64,000 nt of DNA, taken from contig OZ220741.1 of assembly GCA_965116885.1 (NCBI GenBank), forward strand, positions 4,384,001 to 4,448,000. The letters run 5' to 3'. The notes below the pieces were generated by a model. It ran no database searches, was not told the DNA's origin, and worked only from the letters and a program-made list of their open reading frames with translations. Shown in pieces: positions 19,852-29,688 of the stretch. The number at the start of each line of letters is the position of its first letter. The stretch's first letter is position 1. The translations under genes were made by a program, and so were the position numbers. The stretch is from Candidatus Latescibacterota bacterium (lineage in GTDB: Bacteria > Latescibacterota > UBA2968).

Positions 19852-20015
19852 TGCAAAAACCGTGCCAATAGGCGCGTTGTTATAGGGCGCAATACGCGTA
19901 AAGGATTGTTTTAAAAAAGAAAAAGAGCCAATCTGACTATATCATATCGTCGCAGAATAGTCGGATTGGCTCTAAAAAAAAGACTTTATATGGTCTAAAA
20001 GACGTACTATGGTCT
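19852..20015 (-). promoter_or_regulatory. sigma54 promoter module 1 (-24/-12, IHF-like site, inverted repeat, tandem AGAC-N8-GTCT boxes)
   Basis: TTGGCACGGTTTTTGCA at 19852-19868; AAACAATCCTTTA; 17 bp inverted repeat spanning 19924-19973; boxes at 19981-19996 and 20000-20015. Confidence 0.88.
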
Positions 20016-20148
20016 CTATGGTCCTGAGATTATTACACCCTTCATTATTTCTGTTTGCAGGTGTGAGATTCAATATTATGTTTCTTTTATAAGCAGGAGA
20101 TTCTCTTTTTGAATTCGTTTTTTTACCCATATCAAAAGGTTCTTTCTT

Positions 20149-23100
20149 ATGATCAAACCGCTTGTCCGCACGGGCACCTACCGGACTTATTCTATGGCCG
20201 ATGGCCTGGCCGGGGTGCGCATTGAACACATTGCCGAAGATAGCGAGGGGTGTATCTGGTTCGCCACATGGGAAAACGGCGTCAGCCGCTTTGATGGGGA
20301 CGAGTTTCAAAATTTTACGCAACAGAACGGACTTATTGATGATCGTACCTATTTTGTTACACAAGACAGTCAGAACCGATTGTGGTTTGGGACAGCAAAT
20401 GGCGTCTGCTGGTACGACGGAGCCAGATTCCACCATTTGAAGGACGATGGGATTGCAGACCGAGACGTGCGGTGTATCTACGAAGACAATGAAGGCCGTG
20501 TATGGTTCGGTGGTACCCGTACTATAGGGTATTACGATGGCACTGCTTTCCACGACATGATTCCGCTCTACCTGCAAGACTACGAAGAGCCTCCTTCTCC
20601 CAAGTGGCGTCCGTGTTGGGGTATTACTCAGGATCCGCAAGGACACCTGTGGTTCGGCTTTAACTACCTCATCCGCTTCGATGGTGAATCCTTCCACCGC
20701 TACGATGAGAAAGACGGTTTCTCTCAGGAAGGGACCGCCTATGCCGTAGATACGGATCATACCGGCAAAGTGTGGGTCGGACGGTTCGAAAATCGAGATG
20801 AAGTCTGGTGCTATGCCAATGGCACCTTCCAATCTGTTCAGGTCGATTTAGGTGGCGCACTGCGCAAAATACAGTGTGACCGTGAAGGGCGAATGTGGTT
20901 CTGTACGTCAGAAGGGGGATTGTATCAGGACGGTGATGGCTTTAGCAGGTTTACCATTGCCGATGGTTTGCCCCATCCCGCAGTCAAAGCCGTGTTTGAG
21001 GATCGAGATCATCAGTTCTGGTTTGCCACCTGGGGCGGCGTCGGTCTTTACGATGCACATAGTATCAGTGTTTTTGACCTCGATAAGGCTTCTCCCAAAG
21101 AGAAAGAGCCGAGCGAGATCTCGCAGATCGTACAAGACCGGCAAGGTGATATATGGATCGGGTGTGTATCACCCATTTTTTCCTATCTGAACAAAAGCGT
21201 CGCCCGCTTCGATGGTGAGCGCTTTGCATTTGTAGGCTCCGAGCAAGGCTTTGATCTCGACAACTGTTTCTCTATGTACGAGGATCACGAGGGATATATG
21301 TGGTTTGGCGGTCTCAATGGCCTGTTCCGCTACGATGGACAAGAATTCAAAAAGATGAAAATAGCTGCGGTTTCAGGCGACAGGAGTATCAGTGCAATTG
21401 CCCAGGACTTGCAGGGTCAATTCCTTTTCGGCTATTGGAAAAAGGACACTTATAAAACCCAATTTATGATAAAAGCAGAACTCTCGATCAGCCCCTTAAA
21501 GATCATTTACCAGCGGGACGAAACATTCCAAACCATTTTTGTAGAGAAAAAAAAGAAAGATGCTTTAGACCGTATTGGCACTGTGATTGCCGGGCGAGAT
21601 GGCGAGGTCTATTTTCATCTGGTCTGCCACAATTTTTCAGTTGGCAACAGGGGCCTGGCGCGGTGGCATCCCGAAGATGGTCTTAAATTTTATGGCATTG
21701 AAGATGGACTGATCGACGACAGGGTCACAGACCTTATAGAAGACCGCAATAGCAACCTGTGGATCGCTACTCTGAGTGGTCTTTGTCGCTTTGATGGCAA
21801 CACCTTCCAGACCTTCACGACAGACGATGGGCTGCCGAGCAACCGCATCCGTTGTTTGTTCGAGGATCGAAAAGGCCACATCTGGATTGGTACAGACAGG
21901 GGTGTGACGCACTTTGATGGTCAGCTTTTCCAGACCATCAACTCACCGCATATAGGACTGGTTTGTCGGATATTCGAAGATCGCGATGGAACATTCTATT
22001 TTGGCACGCTTCTGGGTTCTATCATACGCTACCGCCTGCGGCAAACTTCGCCCCGGATTCACTTGATACAAGTGATTGCTGATCAAGACTATGAGAATCT
22101 GGAGGAAGTCATCGTATCCACGGCGGGACAGCAGGTGATTTTCGAGTACAAGGGTCTGAGCTTTTCCACACACCCCAGCGACATGCTCTACATCTATCGC
22201 CTGAATGGCTATGACGCCGACTGGCAACCAGCGACCCGAAAGATGCGGGCGCATTACCGGGGCCTGCCACCGGGAGACTACACCTTCCAGGTCCGGGCTA
22301 TAGATCGCGATCTCAATTACTCAGAGATCGCGCAAGCGCGCCTCTCGATCACAGAAGACCCGCGTATCGAAGCATTGACCGACGTCATCAACCGGCGAGA
22401 AAGCCAGCAGTTTATTGGTCATAGCGTGGCTCTGCGCCAGTTTCAGACCAATCTTGAAAAAATTGCATCTACCAATATGACCGTGCTGGTTCTGGGCGAG
22501 ACAGGTGTGGGCAAGGGACTGGCTGCTCGAACACTACACGCGCTGAGTGCCAATAGCGACGGCCCTTTTATAGAGGTCAGTTGCGGTGCATTACCCGAAG
22601 CGTTGATCGACAGTGAGTTGTTTGGTCACGAGAGAGGGGCTTTTACTGGCGCAGTTTTCCACAGGCTGGGCAGGGTGGAACTGGCAGAGGGTGGTACGCT
22701 CTTTCTGGATGAGATCGGCGATATGGCTGTGGAAACGCAGTCCAAACTGTTGCGCTTGCTGGAAGAGGGCAGGTTTGAACGCATTGGGAGCAGCGAAACG
22801 CAGATGGCAAAGACGCGGGTTGTGGCAGCGACCAATCGCGACTTAAAGGAGATGGTCCGCACAGGTGATTTCCGGGAGGATCTGTATTACCGCCTCAATG
22901 CCTTTCCGATGTATTTGCCGCCGCTTCGCGAGCGCAAGGAGGATATACCAGAGTTGGCCGAGTTTTTCAAGACTCGCATGGCGACGCATCTGGGCAAGCG
23001 AATTGCTCCCCTGACACCTGAAATTATCGAGGTGTTGCAAAGCTACGATTGGCCGGGCAATGTGCGGGAACTGGAACATACCATACAGCGAGCCGTGGTT

Positions 23101-23367
23101 TTATGCCCTGATTCTCAAATCAGAAAGGGGAATCTGGGACTGTATGGTTCTCAAATCGAAGATACAGGTCATAAAGGGCAGACCTTATCGGCACCTCAAG
23201 ATCGAGAAGTCGAGTCTTTAGCAGAAATAGAGCGGCGCCACATTCTCGACGCGCTCGAAGCCACCAAATATCGGATAAAGGGACCCAGGGGCGCGGCGAA
23301 GAGGCTTGGCGTACCGCCTTCTACGCTGTATGGAAAAATAAACAGACTGGGCATCAAACTAAGCTGA
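20149..23367 (+). CDS. sigma54-dependent activator with two-component-regulator beta-propeller and Y_Y_Y sensor domains
   Basis: DGL..I..D..G.LWFGT repeats; [51 protein letters not shown]; Fis-type HTH. Confidence 0.95.
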   Translation: MIKPLVRTGTYRTYSMADGLAGVRIEHIAEDSEGCIWFATWENGVSRFDGDEFQNFTQQNGLIDDRTYFVTQDSQNRLWFGTANGVCWYDGARFHHLKDDGIADRDVRCIYEDNEGRVWFGGTRTIGYYDGTAFHDMIPLYLQDYEEPPSPKWRPCWGITQDPQGHLWFGFNYLIRFDGESFHRYDEKDGFSQEGTAYAVDTDHTGKVWVGRFENRDEVWCYANGTFQSVQVDLGGALRKIQCDREGRMWFCTSEGGLYQDGDGFSRFTIADGLPHPAVKAVFEDRDHQFWFATWGGVGLYDAHSISVFDLDKASPKEKEPSEISQIVQDRQGDIWIGCVSPIFSYLNKSVARFDGERFAFVGSEQGFDLDNCFSMYEDHEGYMWFGGLNGLFRYDGQEFKKMKIAAVSGDRSISAIAQDLQGQFLFGYWKKDTYKTQFMIKAELSISPLKIIYQRDETFQTIFVEKKKKDALDRIGTVIAGRDGEVYFHLVCHNFSVGNRGLARWHPEDGLKFYGIEDGLIDDRVTDLIEDRNSNLWIATLSGLCRFDGNTFQTFTTDDGLPSNRIRCLFEDRKGHIWIGTDRGVTHFDGQLFQTINSPHIGLVCRIFEDRDGTFYFGTLLGSIIRYRLRQTSPRIHLIQVIADQDYENLEEVIVSTAGQQVIFEYKGLSFSTHPSDMLYIYRLNGYDADWQPATRKMRAHYRGLPPGDYTFQVRAIDRDLNYSEIAQARLSITEDPRIEALTDVINRRESQQFIGHSVALRQFQTNLEKIASTNMTVLVLGETGVGKGLAARTLHALSANSDGPFIEVSCGALPEALIDSELFGHERGAFTGAVFHRLGRVELAEGGTLFLDEIGDMAVETQSKLLRLLEEGRFERIGSSETQMAKTRVVAATNRDLKEMVRTGDFREDLYYRLNAFPMYLPPLRERKEDIPELAEFFKTRMATHLGKRIAPLTPEIIEVLQSYDWPGNVRELEHTIQRAVVLCPDSQIRKGNLGLYGSQIEDTGHKGQTLSAPQDREVESLAEIERRHILDALEATKYRIKGPRGAAKRLGVPPSTLYGKINRLGIKLS

Positions 23368-23415
23368 CCACGCATGTATTTCAGTGGCTTTTAAGCGGCC
23401 CATTAATTCGCAATC

Positions 23416-23700
23416 ACCGGGTCCGCGTTTTTTTACGCGCGAAGGCATCCAGCTCCTGCCGAACGGTTGAACTACTGGCGTAGTTGTACCCCGCTCGACC
23501 GGACAGTTCGGCATAGCGCTGCGTTGTCTGCAAATTGCGATGACCGAGTAGCTGGCGCACTGTACCAACCCCCACGCCACTGTTCACCAGCTCCGTCGCA
23601 GCCGTGTGCCGAAGCTGGTGGATTTCGCATTTGAAGCCCGGTTTCGGCCAACAGGGTGAAGAGCAGGCGTTCCCGCGGTTTTGAATTCGGAATTCGGCAA
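23416..23700 (-). pseudogene. Tyrosine recombinase C-terminal fragment (frameshifted)
   Basis: Manual translation: FKCEIHQLRHTAATELVNSGVG / VRQLLGHRNLQTTQRYAELS; truncated at an IS3-like end (23707-23725); boundaries approximate. Confidence 0.8.
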
Positions 23701-23738
23701 CATCAACTAAAGCGGGGTAACTCCATTCATTAACACCC

Positions 23739-25799
23739 TCAAAAGCTCATTTCAACCCCTCTGCGTTGAAGGGCTGGAATATGTGTCCTGAGTGATTCGG
23801 CACTTAACGGATTATTCTGTACACCAACCACATCTCCGCTGCCCAATCCCGTATTTGCGACCAGAGGCGCAAGATCCGAGATGCTGTTGTAGTAAAGCCA
23901 CAGCTGTTCCAGATTGGTCAAGCCTGAGAGTGCGGACAAATCTGTGATGTTGTTATTGTCAAGACGCAGTTCTTCCAGATTGGTCAAGCCTGATAATGGC
24001 GTGATATTCGAGATGTTGTTGCGACCAAGAAGCAACTTTTTCAGATTGGTCAAGCCTGACAGCGCGGACAAATCTCTGATGCTGTTCAACGTAAGATTCA
24101 GATAAGTCAGATTGGTCAAGCCTGACAGCGCGGACAAATCTCTAATTTCGTTCACGTTAAGAAACAGCGTTCCCAAGCGGGTCAAATTTGATAGCGCAGA
24201 TACATCCGAGATGGCGTTGACACGAAGATCCAGATAAGTCAAGTTGGTCAAGCCTGATAGGGTAGATAAATCTGAGATGGTGTTGTTAAAAAGGGTCAGA
24301 TATTCCAGGCTGGTCAGGCTTGAGAGAGGTGTGATATCCGAGATAGCGTTATGAGAAAGATGTAGATAGGTCAGGTTGGTCAAGCCTGAAAGGAGCGAGA
24401 TGTCGGATATCTCGTTGCTGTTGGAAAACGGATCAATCACACCGGAACCAAGATGTAGCCACACCAGATTGACAGCAAACTCAAGCCCTGTCAAATCCCT
24501 GACATTCCTATCCCGAGCGCCAAAGCGCGTCAAGGCCGCCATTTCAGCTACCGTGATTAGTGCCCCTTGCTCTTTGCCAAGACTGTCCTCGATAACAGCG
24601 CGCAGATTAACATCTGGAATACTTACATAAAAAGAAATCTCAACCCCTCTGCGGAGCAGGGTTACAATATGCGTTTTGCGTGATGTGTCACTCAACGAAG
24701 TTTCTCTCACATCAATCTCATCTCCACTACCCAATCCCGTATTTGCCACCAGCGGCGCGAGGTCTGAGATGCTGGTCTTGTAAAGTTTTAGACTTTCCAG
24801 ATTAGTTAAGCCTGAGAGTGCTGAAACATCACTGATACCGGTACCTGAAAGATCCAGCCTTTCCAGATTGGTCAAGGCAGACAACACAGATACATCATTG
24901 ATACTGGTGAAGGACAGATCCAGATCTGTCAAGTTGACCAGGACAGACAGCGCTGAAACATCACTGATGCTGGTATTAGCAAGAATCAGCCTTTCCAGGC
25001 CGGTCAAGGCAGATAGTGCTGACACATCCCTTATGAAGTTGAAGGACAGATCCAGATCTTTCAGATTGGTCAAAACTGACAGTACTGAAACATCACCAAT
25101 GAAGTTGGAGGAAAGATCCAACGACCTAAGACGGATCAGGCCGGACAATGCTGACAGATCAGTAATTCTGTTATTAGCAAGACTTAGCCTTTCCAGACTG
25201 GCCAAGACAGACAGCGCTGACACATCCTTGATGCTGATGCCGGAAATATCCAGTGTTGTCAGGCTGGTCAGGCTTGAGAGAGGTGAGAAATCGGTTATCT
25301 CGTTGCTATTGAGAAACTTATTCTCCACGCTCTCGCCACCAAGATCTATCCATATCAGATTAGTTGCAAACTCAAGCCCGGCCAAATCTCTGATATTCTT
25401 GTTCCGCGCCTCAAGGCGCCTCAAGGCCGCCATCTCACTCTGAGTGATCGGCGCACCGCTCGCCTTGCCGAAAATACCTTCAATAACAGCGCGTAAATTC
25501 CCATCCGGAATAGCAACCAGTGCTGCACCATCACCGCCAGAGGAAGGCTCCCCTTTGCCAAAGCTGCTGCTAAAGAGCAGAAAATCGCCAAAGCCAATTT
25601 CGCCATCGCTGTCCAGGTCGTACTTCGCGTCATATCGCCCATCGCCCTGACGCGCTCCAAACTGACCTGCAAACGCCAAAAAGTCGGCAAAATCAACCTG
25701 GCCATTGCCATCAAAATCAGCAGAAACTTGTCCCGAAAGAGATAGCGGATACACCAAAAGCGCGAGTGTGGATAGTATGAACAAAATAAGGTTACGCAT
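23739..25799 (-). CDS. Secreted internalin-type (22 aa) LRR protein with N-terminal dockerin/EF-hand-like pair
   Basis: Signal peptide MRNLIL...; IPD.NLRAVIE caps; ISDLSALSGLTNL..L.L..N repeats in two arrays. Confidence 0.9.
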   Translation of the reverse strand: MRNLILFILSTLALLVYPLSLSGQVSADFDGNGQVDFADFLAFAGQFGARQGDGRYDAKYDLDSDGEIGFGDFLLFSSSFGKGEPSSGGDGAALVAIPDGNLRAVIEGIFGKASGAPITQSEMAALRRLEARNKNIRDLAGLEFATNLIWIDLGGESVENKFLNSNEITDFSPLSSLTSLTTLDISGISIKDVSALSVLASLERLSLANNRITDLSALSGLIRLRSLDLSSNFIGDVSVLSVLTNLKDLDLSFNFIRDVSALSALTGLERLILANTSISDVSALSVLVNLTDLDLSFTSINDVSVLSALTNLERLDLSGTGISDVSALSGLTNLESLKLYKTSISDLAPLVANTGLGSGDEIDVRETSLSDTSRKTHIVTLLRRGVEISFYVSIPDVNLRAVIEDSLGKEQGALITVAEMAALTRFGARDRNVRDLTGLEFAVNLVWLHLGSGVIDPFSNSNEISDISLLSGLTNLTYLHLSHNAISDITPLSSLTSLEYLTLFNNTISDLSTLSGLTNLTYLDLRVNAISDVSALSNLTRLGTLFLNVNEIRDLSALSGLTNLTYLNLTLNSIRDLSALSGLTNLKKLLLGRNNISNITPLSGLTNLEELRLDNNNITDLSALSGLTNLEQLWLYYNSISDLAPLVANTGLGSGDVVGVQNNPLSAESLRTHIPALQRRGVEMSF

Positions 25800-25983
25800 T
25801 GGTCTTTCTTTTCTTTGTGTCATCAATCTCCTTGAAGGCTTCCGCATAGTCTTTTGCGGCATATAACTGTTCTGCATGAATCAGATGCTTGTCCGCCATG
25901 ATCTCCGGCGGTAGTTGGGCAGATGCAACTGTGAAGAAGCCCAATAAGACTGTAAAAAGAATGCCTTTGATTATGCTCTGCAT
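25792..25983 (-). pseudogene. Truncated member of the QLPPE N-terminal-module family
   Basis: MQSIIKG...FFTVASAQLPPEIMADKHLIHAEQL..., homology stops abruptly after about 50 aa. Confidence 0.75.
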
Positions 25984-26160
25984 GGTGTACCTTCCTTCCG
26001 TTGGTGTTTCTGTAAAGAATTAAGAACTAAATTGAATCTGCTGATAGGGCCACACGCGCATAGGGGACGGGCGCCGGATCATCCCTCTTCCTGCCGACGC
26101 CCGGCTTGTCCCAACCCTATGCCTGATAATACCTGCCTGGGAGAGCGGGTTGGGGTCAGT

Positions 26161-27291
26161 TTATAGCTTCACCGGTAGTTCATAATTCCATTCTTCGAAA
26201 GCAAATCGCCAGTCCCGTGAGATGCGCTTCATAGCGGCAGGATCTGGCTCGAATGTATTTTTTTGGTAGTCCGAAAGCGTGCTCAGGTACTCGACGACCG
26301 CCTGCTTTCCTCCGCTTTCCCAACCGGACAATCCGAGAATCGCGTAGATGCGTTCCAGTTCGCCCAGTGGATCAGCTACGAGGTCCTCGTACTTCACTTC
26401 CGCCAGATTGCCTTCTGAGATCAAAGCTCTGTCCTTCAGGTACTGCTTCATCAACACCTGGTACTCGAAAACCACAAAATTCGCAAAATCTTCTGGATCA
26501 TCCTCCAGGAGAAATAACTCGCTCATCTTCCTTAATGTATGAATCACCGAGTAATAGACATCGCATGGGTTTCTTGCGATATGAATGAATTTGGCATTGG
26601 GGAAAAGGCGCAGGATGTGGGGGATTCGACCGGTGTTGGTGGGGCTTTTGAGTACCAACTGCTTTCCACCGCCCGCAAATGTGGCTTTTTTAATGATGTC
26701 CATGATGACGGCGTCCCAGCGCGCCAGTTGCTGACCTGTTAGCCCCCTCATGAAGACATATCTTTGAAGGTATTCCAACGCCCTGGAAGGGAATGTAAGG
26801 AAGTGCGCAAAGGATAGCTCAGAGGAATTAGCAATCGCAAATTCTTCCTCGTTCGGCATGTCCATTGTTATTTTAACATCATCCTGCGGACGTTTCGGAT
26901 CGAGTTGCTTGGCCATGAAACGCTTGATCCAACCACGGCCGATCAAAAAGAATGTCGGGACGATGGATTGGAACAGCGAGACGATTGCGAACTGCGGATC
27001 GCGTGTCAGGAGATAGTGCAAGTGCGTCGTACCCGTGCGGGCATGTCCGATGATAAAGATCGGTGGATGCGCTATCTTCGTCCGAGCCACGGCACGCCCG
27101 TAGCGCATCTTTTCGATCAAGCGTAGTGGTACCATCAGCGCCGAGCCGATGAGAATCCGCCTCACTCGTTCCCGGTGCTGGGGCGCAACCCTCACTCCGT
27201 CCTGACCCCAGAGGAGCCTCGCCCAAACGCGCAACGGTGCGGGCGTGTTGGGGTGATCTACATTCTTGGACTGTGGCTTCTTAGCAGGTAT
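26161..27291 (-). CDS. PAPS-dependent sulfotransferase (Stf3-like, Sulfotransfer_3 type)
   Basis: PIFIIGHARTGTTHLH (5'-PSB), LVLKSP, FPNAKFIHIARNP...S, YEDLVADP; start uncertain (in-frame ATA 7 nt after GGAG). Confidence 0.85.
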   Translation of the reverse strand: MPAKKPQSKNVDHPNTPAPLRVWARLLWGQDGVRVAPQHRERVRRILIGSALMVPLRLIEKMRYGRAVARTKIAHPPIFIIGHARTGTTHLHYLLTRDPQFAIVSLFQSIVPTFFLIGRGWIKRFMAKQLDPKRPQDDVKITMDMPNEEEFAIANSSELSFAHFLTFPSRALEYLQRYVFMRGLTGQQLARWDAVIMDIIKKATFAGGGKQLVLKSPTNTGRIPHILRLFPNAKFIHIARNPCDVYYSVIHTLRKMSELFLLEDDPEDFANFVVFEYQVLMKQYLKDRALISEGNLAEVKYEDLVADPLGELERIYAILGLSGWESGGKQAVVEYLSTLSDYQKNTFEPDPAAMKRISRDWRFAFEEWNYELPVKL

Positions 27292-27308
27292 TTTGACACT
27301 CCATTTTG

Positions 27309-29294
27309 CTATCGGTGCCGACGCATTAGGCGGAACTTGTAGTCGGGTAGAAGGGAATAGGTCTGTTTGGTCTTTAATTCGCAATCGGGCGGATCGAGAA
27401 CCAACTCGGCCTCGCGGAAAATGGTCGCTATGTTGAGCGCAATGAGCGCCTCGGCGAGGCTGGCACCCAGGCATCGGTGTGCTCCTACGCCGAAGGGGGC
27501 ATAGACTCCAGGCTGTCGATGTTCAGCGCGTTCTGCGCTGTAACGGTCGATATCGAAACGCTCTGGATTGGGAAAATATTCCGACATCAGGTGCGGTATG
27601 GTGAACGCAATGAGAAGGGTCTCGCCAGCGGAGACCTTATAGCCCTCAAATTCAAATGAGTTGGCTACCGTGCGCAATGATAGTGCTGGAGAAAGGGGAT
27701 AGAGGCGCATCGTTTCCATTGCCGTGCGGTGCAGGACGTCGAGGTGACGCAGACCGCTCACCTCAGGCATACCCTGGTCAAAGAGGGCGTCTGCTTCAGC
27801 AATTACCTGCTCGCGCAGATCGGGGCGCTTCAACAGTTCATATAACATGAAGGCACACATATTTGCCGCGGTATCAAGACCGGCCGTGAGAGGACCCAGC
27901 ACCTCTGCTTCTAAATCAGTCTCGGGAAGAAATTGCGGATCCCTGTGGTGCAGTTCCAGCAAATGGTCAATTGCATCCAGTGGCTTGTTGCGGCGTTTTT
28001 CTGGTTCGTGATCTGCCAGAATGCGCTGAGTCAGTTCCTCCATTCGCTTGAAGGCACGCCGGACGTGTGGTCGATATAGCATCAGCCTGGGTTGCTGCCG
28101 CATGATATACGTTTTTATCTTGTTGTGAAAAGAAGTGATCAGGTCGTCTAAGTAATCCCGCAAAGGCATGCTGATGGCCAGCACACCGAGCTGATCTAAG
28201 ACGATGCGCTGCCAGGTGTATAAGCCCGGCAGCGGCTTGTCCTGGGGCCATCCAGCGATATCTTGTTGAAGAACGTGGACAACGTCTGCCACACGGCCTT
28301 CAATGAGACGGTGTGTGTACACATTCGCCAGTTCTTTGCGCATGCGAATATGCTCGGGGCCAACCATACTGATTATGGAACGTCCGACTCCATCAGCTTT
28401 ATTGTAATCCACCCAGCCTTCAAGCGTGCGAAAGTACTTACCCCCTCGCTTTGCGAAGGTATTCGCCTTGGGACCTGCGAGGACGACGAAGCGGCGATTG
28501 AATGCCTTGACGCGAAAAATCGGACCTAAGTCTCGGTATTGTTTGACGAGAAACGAGCGCAAATCGCGCGTCATGCCGATGGTGTTGCCAATAAGCGGCA
28601 ACCCCGGTGCCTGTGGTATCTCCTTGCGCGGACGAGGGGAGGCGGATGATGGGCGGGGGGCTCTCTCAAGCTCTCGAATTGCTCTGGTGACCGATTGCCC
28701 GATCAGGTCCATTTTGCGAATCAGTTCGATTCGGTCTTGCACTTCAGACAATTCCGACTGGGACAGAATATTCTTGAAAACGCCGCAGGCATCCGCCAGA
28801 CAGATAATGACGATGTCACGCGGATCTGGAATTTCATCGGTGAACAGTACGCGCATAATGCGTAACTGAACTTCTTCTACTGTTTGTCCATCAATGGTTG
28901 GATAGCGTCGGGAGCGCGACACCAGACGCGAAAGGAGGAAGATATCTTCGGATTCGGACTCCAGAATGCCCCGGTTGATCAGTCGCGCAAGTGCTTTATC
29001 GCGAATTTCGTCGCCCCGTTTGGCTATTTGTGTGATCCAATAGCTGGTATCTCGTGTATTCGTATCCCGTACGATGTCGGCAAGAGTGGGGTCAAGCAGG
29101 TCGTCTTCGAGAGGCATGGCATCAGCCAAAAAGAGATGCTCGAGATCGGTATCGATGCGGTTTTCCAAGGCCAAATCCATCAATACGGCTCCGGCAAGAG
29201 CGATATTCAACGAGTGCTGTGCAAGACCGGGTGCGAAATCGCCTCGGTCTTCGTCGTGAAGGAGTAGAAGTATTTCTTCAGCAAATCTTAGCAT
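27309..29294 (-). CDS. GOLPH3/GPP34-domain - cytochrome P450 fusion
   Basis: N-terminus LRFAEEILLLLHDE...LAGAVLMDLALENRI...L..RGIL...RRYP (GPP34-like); P450 motifs AGLDT, ETMR, PERF and heme motif FGVGAHRCLG. Confidence 0.88.
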   Translation of the reverse strand: MLRFAEEILLLLHDEDRGDFAPGLAQHSLNIALAGAVLMDLALENRIDTDLEHLFLADAMPLEDDLLDPTLADIVRDTNTRDTSYWITQIAKRGDEIRDKALARLINRGILESESEDIFLLSRLVSRSRRYPTIDGQTVEEVQLRIMRVLFTDEIPDPRDIVIICLADACGVFKNILSQSELSEVQDRIELIRKMDLIGQSVTRAIRELERAPRPSSASPRPRKEIPQAPGLPLIGNTIGMTRDLRSFLVKQYRDLGPIFRVKAFNRRFVVLAGPKANTFAKRGGKYFRTLEGWVDYNKADGVGRSIISMVGPEHIRMRKELANVYTHRLIEGRVADVVHVLQQDIAGWPQDKPLPGLYTWQRIVLDQLGVLAISMPLRDYLDDLITSFHNKIKTYIMRQQPRLMLYRPHVRRAFKRMEELTQRILADHEPEKRRNKPLDAIDHLLELHHRDPQFLPETDLEAEVLGPLTAGLDTAANMCAFMLYELLKRPDLREQVIAEADALFDQGMPEVSGLRHLDVLHRTAMETMRLYPLSPALSLRTVANSFEFEGYKVSAGETLLIAFTIPHLMSEYFPNPERFDIDRYSAERAEHRQPGVYAPFGVGAHRCLGASLAEALIALNIATIFREAELVLDPPDCELKTKQTYSLLPDYKFRLMRRHR

Positions 29295-29398
29295 ATATGT
29301 TTCGGGAGAATTTGAGCTTTCCTCAGTTTGTATTCACTTACTTTTCCAATATGGCAAAACGGATTGACGATGGTCATATAACAGGCATTTCGGATTAA

Positions 29399-29575
29399 AT
29401 AGGTCTCAACCGCGCCGTCCGGATCCGATGCACTGCCGAAGAGCCTCACCCTGTCGCCCACATTAACCGTCTGATTGGAACCGACCTGTACATTGGGCGG
29501 GTGATTTGACTCACAGCCTGCGAACAGGACAACCAGTGCAAGCAATATGAACGTGATCAATTTGTTGTGTGTCAT
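29399..29575 (-). pseudogene. Truncated copy of the PKD/FGE lipoprotein gene
   Basis: Near-identical to the 5' end of 13989..16763, breaking after DPDGAVETY. Confidence 0.85.
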
Positions 29576-29688
29576 TTTACTCCCACCCATAGAGGCTGTG
29601 AATGTGTGAGCAGACGGCTTACACATCTCCAGTCAATTTGGGTTAAAACTGAGGGATGATTGTAATCTGCCTGAGGCACACCGCACAC

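Larger units (their letters stand above)
16587..23385. repeat. Copy 1 of an approx. 6.7 kb duplicated module (PKD gene 5' end, LRR gene, sigma54 control region, activator)
   Basis: Collinear with 29399-36072; intergenic DNA and the activator 3' part are near-identical. Confidence 0.9.
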
